Shown here piece by piece: positions 61,167 to 64,000 of a DNA stretch of 64,000 nt; positions within the stretch are counted from its first letter, which is position 1, and each line of letters starts with the position of its first letter. Location: positions 11,471,775 through 11,535,774 of the forward strand of contig OZ316899.1 in the NCBI GenBank assembly GCA_973895155.1, in the 5' to 3' direction. Made by a program: the position numbers and the translations under genes. The notes beneath the pieces were generated by a model. It saw nothing but the letters and a program-made list of their open reading frames with translations, ran no database searches and was not told the DNA's origin. This stretch comes from Marsupella aquatica (taxonomy: Eukaryota; Plantae; Marchantiophyta).

Positions 61167-64000
61167 TGTTACAACACCTAGATTACACTCCAAGTGGACT
61201 TTACTTTATACTCTAACTAAGTAACCCTTAGAAGTTAGGACAATTATCCAACTGCCCTCATATGTAACTCATATATACTCATTCCTAATAGAAATGACAT
61301 TGGATTGTTGGTGATGATATCGAGTAGAACACGTTATCAGCACAAGCTGGTTGGAGACATATTTTTTTTAGGAAGAATTTGGAGAGCAATATCACTTTTG
61401 CAAAGAATATATACTTGGGGCCAATCGAGAGAATGTATGAGGCAAAGACAGGATAATTCAGAAGGAGATTTCAGTCACGACCATATCAATTAAACAACAA
61501 GCTTGATGCAAATAACAAAAGGCAATTGATTTCATTACATTTTCTTCTTGATACCAAAAGTTATCAAATCATATATAACGGCCCAGTAGACACATGGATT
61601 TAGCCATGAATTCTATGGAGAAATTGCACTTCCAAGCACTAGCAATAGATGGAGCAAATTAATTATCTTGGTCCTTAGATGTGGAAGCACATCTCGCCTC
61701 CAAAAATCTACAGGACACAATCTTGGCCGATGGAGGGACAACGTTACAACAGAAGGCTCAGGCCTTAATACTTATCAGGCATCATCTTGCCAAACCTCTT
61801 AAGATACAGTATCTAAATCATTATAATCCTAGAGTTCTATGGGACAAACTACAATTGAGATTTGATCATATGTGCGCGATCTCTCTCCCCATGGCTTGCC
61901 ACGACTGGATAAATCTTTGCGTACAAGACCACACCACAATTGCAAGTTACAATAGCAAATTGTTTTGCATTACCTCGCAATTAGCTGTTTTGTGGTAACC
62001 TTGTCGACGACCAAGAACAAATTGAGAAGACTTTATCTACATTTCACGTAACTAACATGGTTCTTGCCTCCCAATATCGCAATATGAATTTCACCAGATA
62101 CTCACAACTGATCTCCCATATGCTGCTTGCGAAAAACACCAAATCCTACTGCTACATAATGCGAAAACACGACCACCAGGGAGCGCAGTTCCCCCGCCTA
62201 GACCATAGACTCACCTAGTGGAATTTACCTATAGAACAAGAGGACGTGGTTGCGGAAACTTCAGGGGGAGCAGGGGACGCCCACTAGGACAAGGGCGATA
62301 CCAAGGATCAAGTGGCAGAGGAAGAGGTCAAGTCGACTTCCAACACAAGTACCAAGGCAACAATTGGAATAGACAGGGAGGCCAAGGATGGAACCAAGGC
62401 AGAGGCTACCAAACATACACCAGAGATAAGTTCTCTCCATCCCCTTGTTTTCGCTGCGGCACAAAAGGGCATTTACAGAAAGTGTGCAGAGCCCCAACAC
62501 ATTTAGTAAAACTTTATAAAGAAAGCATAAACAGACAAGATCAGGACCCACAAGGAAATTTCATGGAAATCCCAGAAAGCATAGAAACATATAGAATCAA
62601 TATGGACACGCCTGAAACACAGCTTGCTCACCTAGATACACAGTCAAAACATTCTTCCAACCCCTCCAACTACATAGTAGACAGTGGAAATCTCTATAAA
62701 TTATACAACAAGATGACAATCAGGAAATCTCTATAAATTATATGCACACTGGCAAAATATGGCAAAGAAACATCACTACGATAGATGACATATTTTCATA
62801 TACAATATCAAAAGATATTACTGAAGAAATACCGGATCCTATTACTGTACAAGAAGCACAATCAAGAGACGATTGGCCTAAATGGGAAATAGCATCAATT
62901 CTGAACTGGAATCTTTAATCCAGAGAGAGGTATTTGGCCCTGTCATACCTGCGCCACTACATACACCACTTACTGGATATAAGTTTATATTCACAAAGAA
63001 AAGAAATGCGCAGGGAGAGGTAATTAGATATAAAGTCCGTCTGGTGGCAAAGGGCTACACCCAAATACCAGGCCAAGACTTCGATCTTACCTACTCCCCT
63101 GTAATGGACTCCATTACTTATCAATACATGATAGCATTTGCGCTTGCTCATAAATTGATGCTTCACATCTTAGATGTGGTTATTGCTTACCTTTATGGAA
63201 TACTAGACACCACCATTTATATGAAAGCCCCACCTGAGTTGATCACGAGAATGAAATTTCATACTCAGGGGGAGCAAGCTATTCGCACATCCCCTGGTCT
63301 ACACCTTGGGACAACAATAACAAAGACTTCTACAGAATACCATCGAATGAATACAAAAGAACCTTCGGTTCTTCATAAAGAAACTGTGCAACATACATTA
63401 CCAGCAAACTGGAGACCTAAAAAGAATTACAACAGACTATCTACACAGACAGTAAGAAAGGCTATGCAGTACAAGTATTACGCTCTATGTATGGCCTTAA
63501 GCAGAGCGGTCGCACATGGTATAAATGATTTAAAGCAGAAATGTTAGCACTGAACTTTGTTAACGATGACATAGCTCCTTGTCTTTTCCTGAAACAAACT
63601 GGAGCTGAATATATAATTGTCGCTATATATGTAGATGACATCAACATCTTTGGTACTCCTACTATAGTTAAAGAAACTATAGAAACACTGAAGCATATCT
63701 TTCAAATGCGGGATCTTGGAGAGCCCAAATACTGTCTTGGACTTCAGTTTGATTATGTGCAGGGTGGCATCCTAATCAACCAAACAACTTATACGAAGAA
63801 GATACTAAAACAATTCAACATGGACTCTGCTCATCCAGTGAGTACCCCAATGGAGCTGAGGTCGCTCGACCCTAATAAGGACACTTTCAAGAAGAGAACA
63901 GAAGCAGAGCCAACACTGGGACCAGAAAAACCATACCTTTCAGCAATTGGGGCCCTCATGTACCTCACAAACCAAACACGCCCCGACATCTCGTTTGCTA
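61167..64000 (+). mobile_element. Second Bianca-like Copia element, internally deleted (most of protease and all of integrase), running off the window
   Basis: 165-bp LTR at 61167-61331 (TGTT...AACA), PBS, degenerate gag with CFRCGTKGHLQKVC, then IVDSGN followed directly by the pre-RT region. RT motifs YKVRLVAKG and YVDDI are present. Confidence 0.92.

Overview
This window is a eukaryotic nest of retrotransposons, most likely plant heterochromatin (a non-seed plant such as a bryophyte is my low-confidence guess). I see no clear host gene, rRNA, tRNA or CRISPR array. It holds several related non-chromovirus Ty3/Gypsy families with a tRNA-Asn-like PBS (my labels A-E), an Athila-type LTR with a tRNA-Asp PBS (F), a chromovirus with a chromodomain, two Bianca-like Ty1/Copia elements, two 5'-truncated LINEs and three solo LTRs with exact 5-bp TSDs. 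Main result: several Gypsy families have giant LTRs (3.7-4.0 kb) that carry a large sense-strand protein gene inside the U3 part of the LTR. The best evidence is (i) a 4,009-bp TG...CA solo LTR with an AAATG TSD (19239-23247) that contains the whole gene, and (ii) an uninterrupted 815-codon ORF inside the 3,830-bp LTR 4953-8782, whose start is also seen directly after integrase and the PPT at 1228. In families A and D the protein has an unrecognised N-terminal domain, a core resembling the plant mobile domain (PMD) or Transposase_32, Pro-rich linkers and a long coiled coil. Seven full or partial copies from five LTR families occur in 64 kb. A related solo LTR (E) lacks the gene and has a 26-bp tandem array in that region. 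All alignments and coordinates were read by eye.
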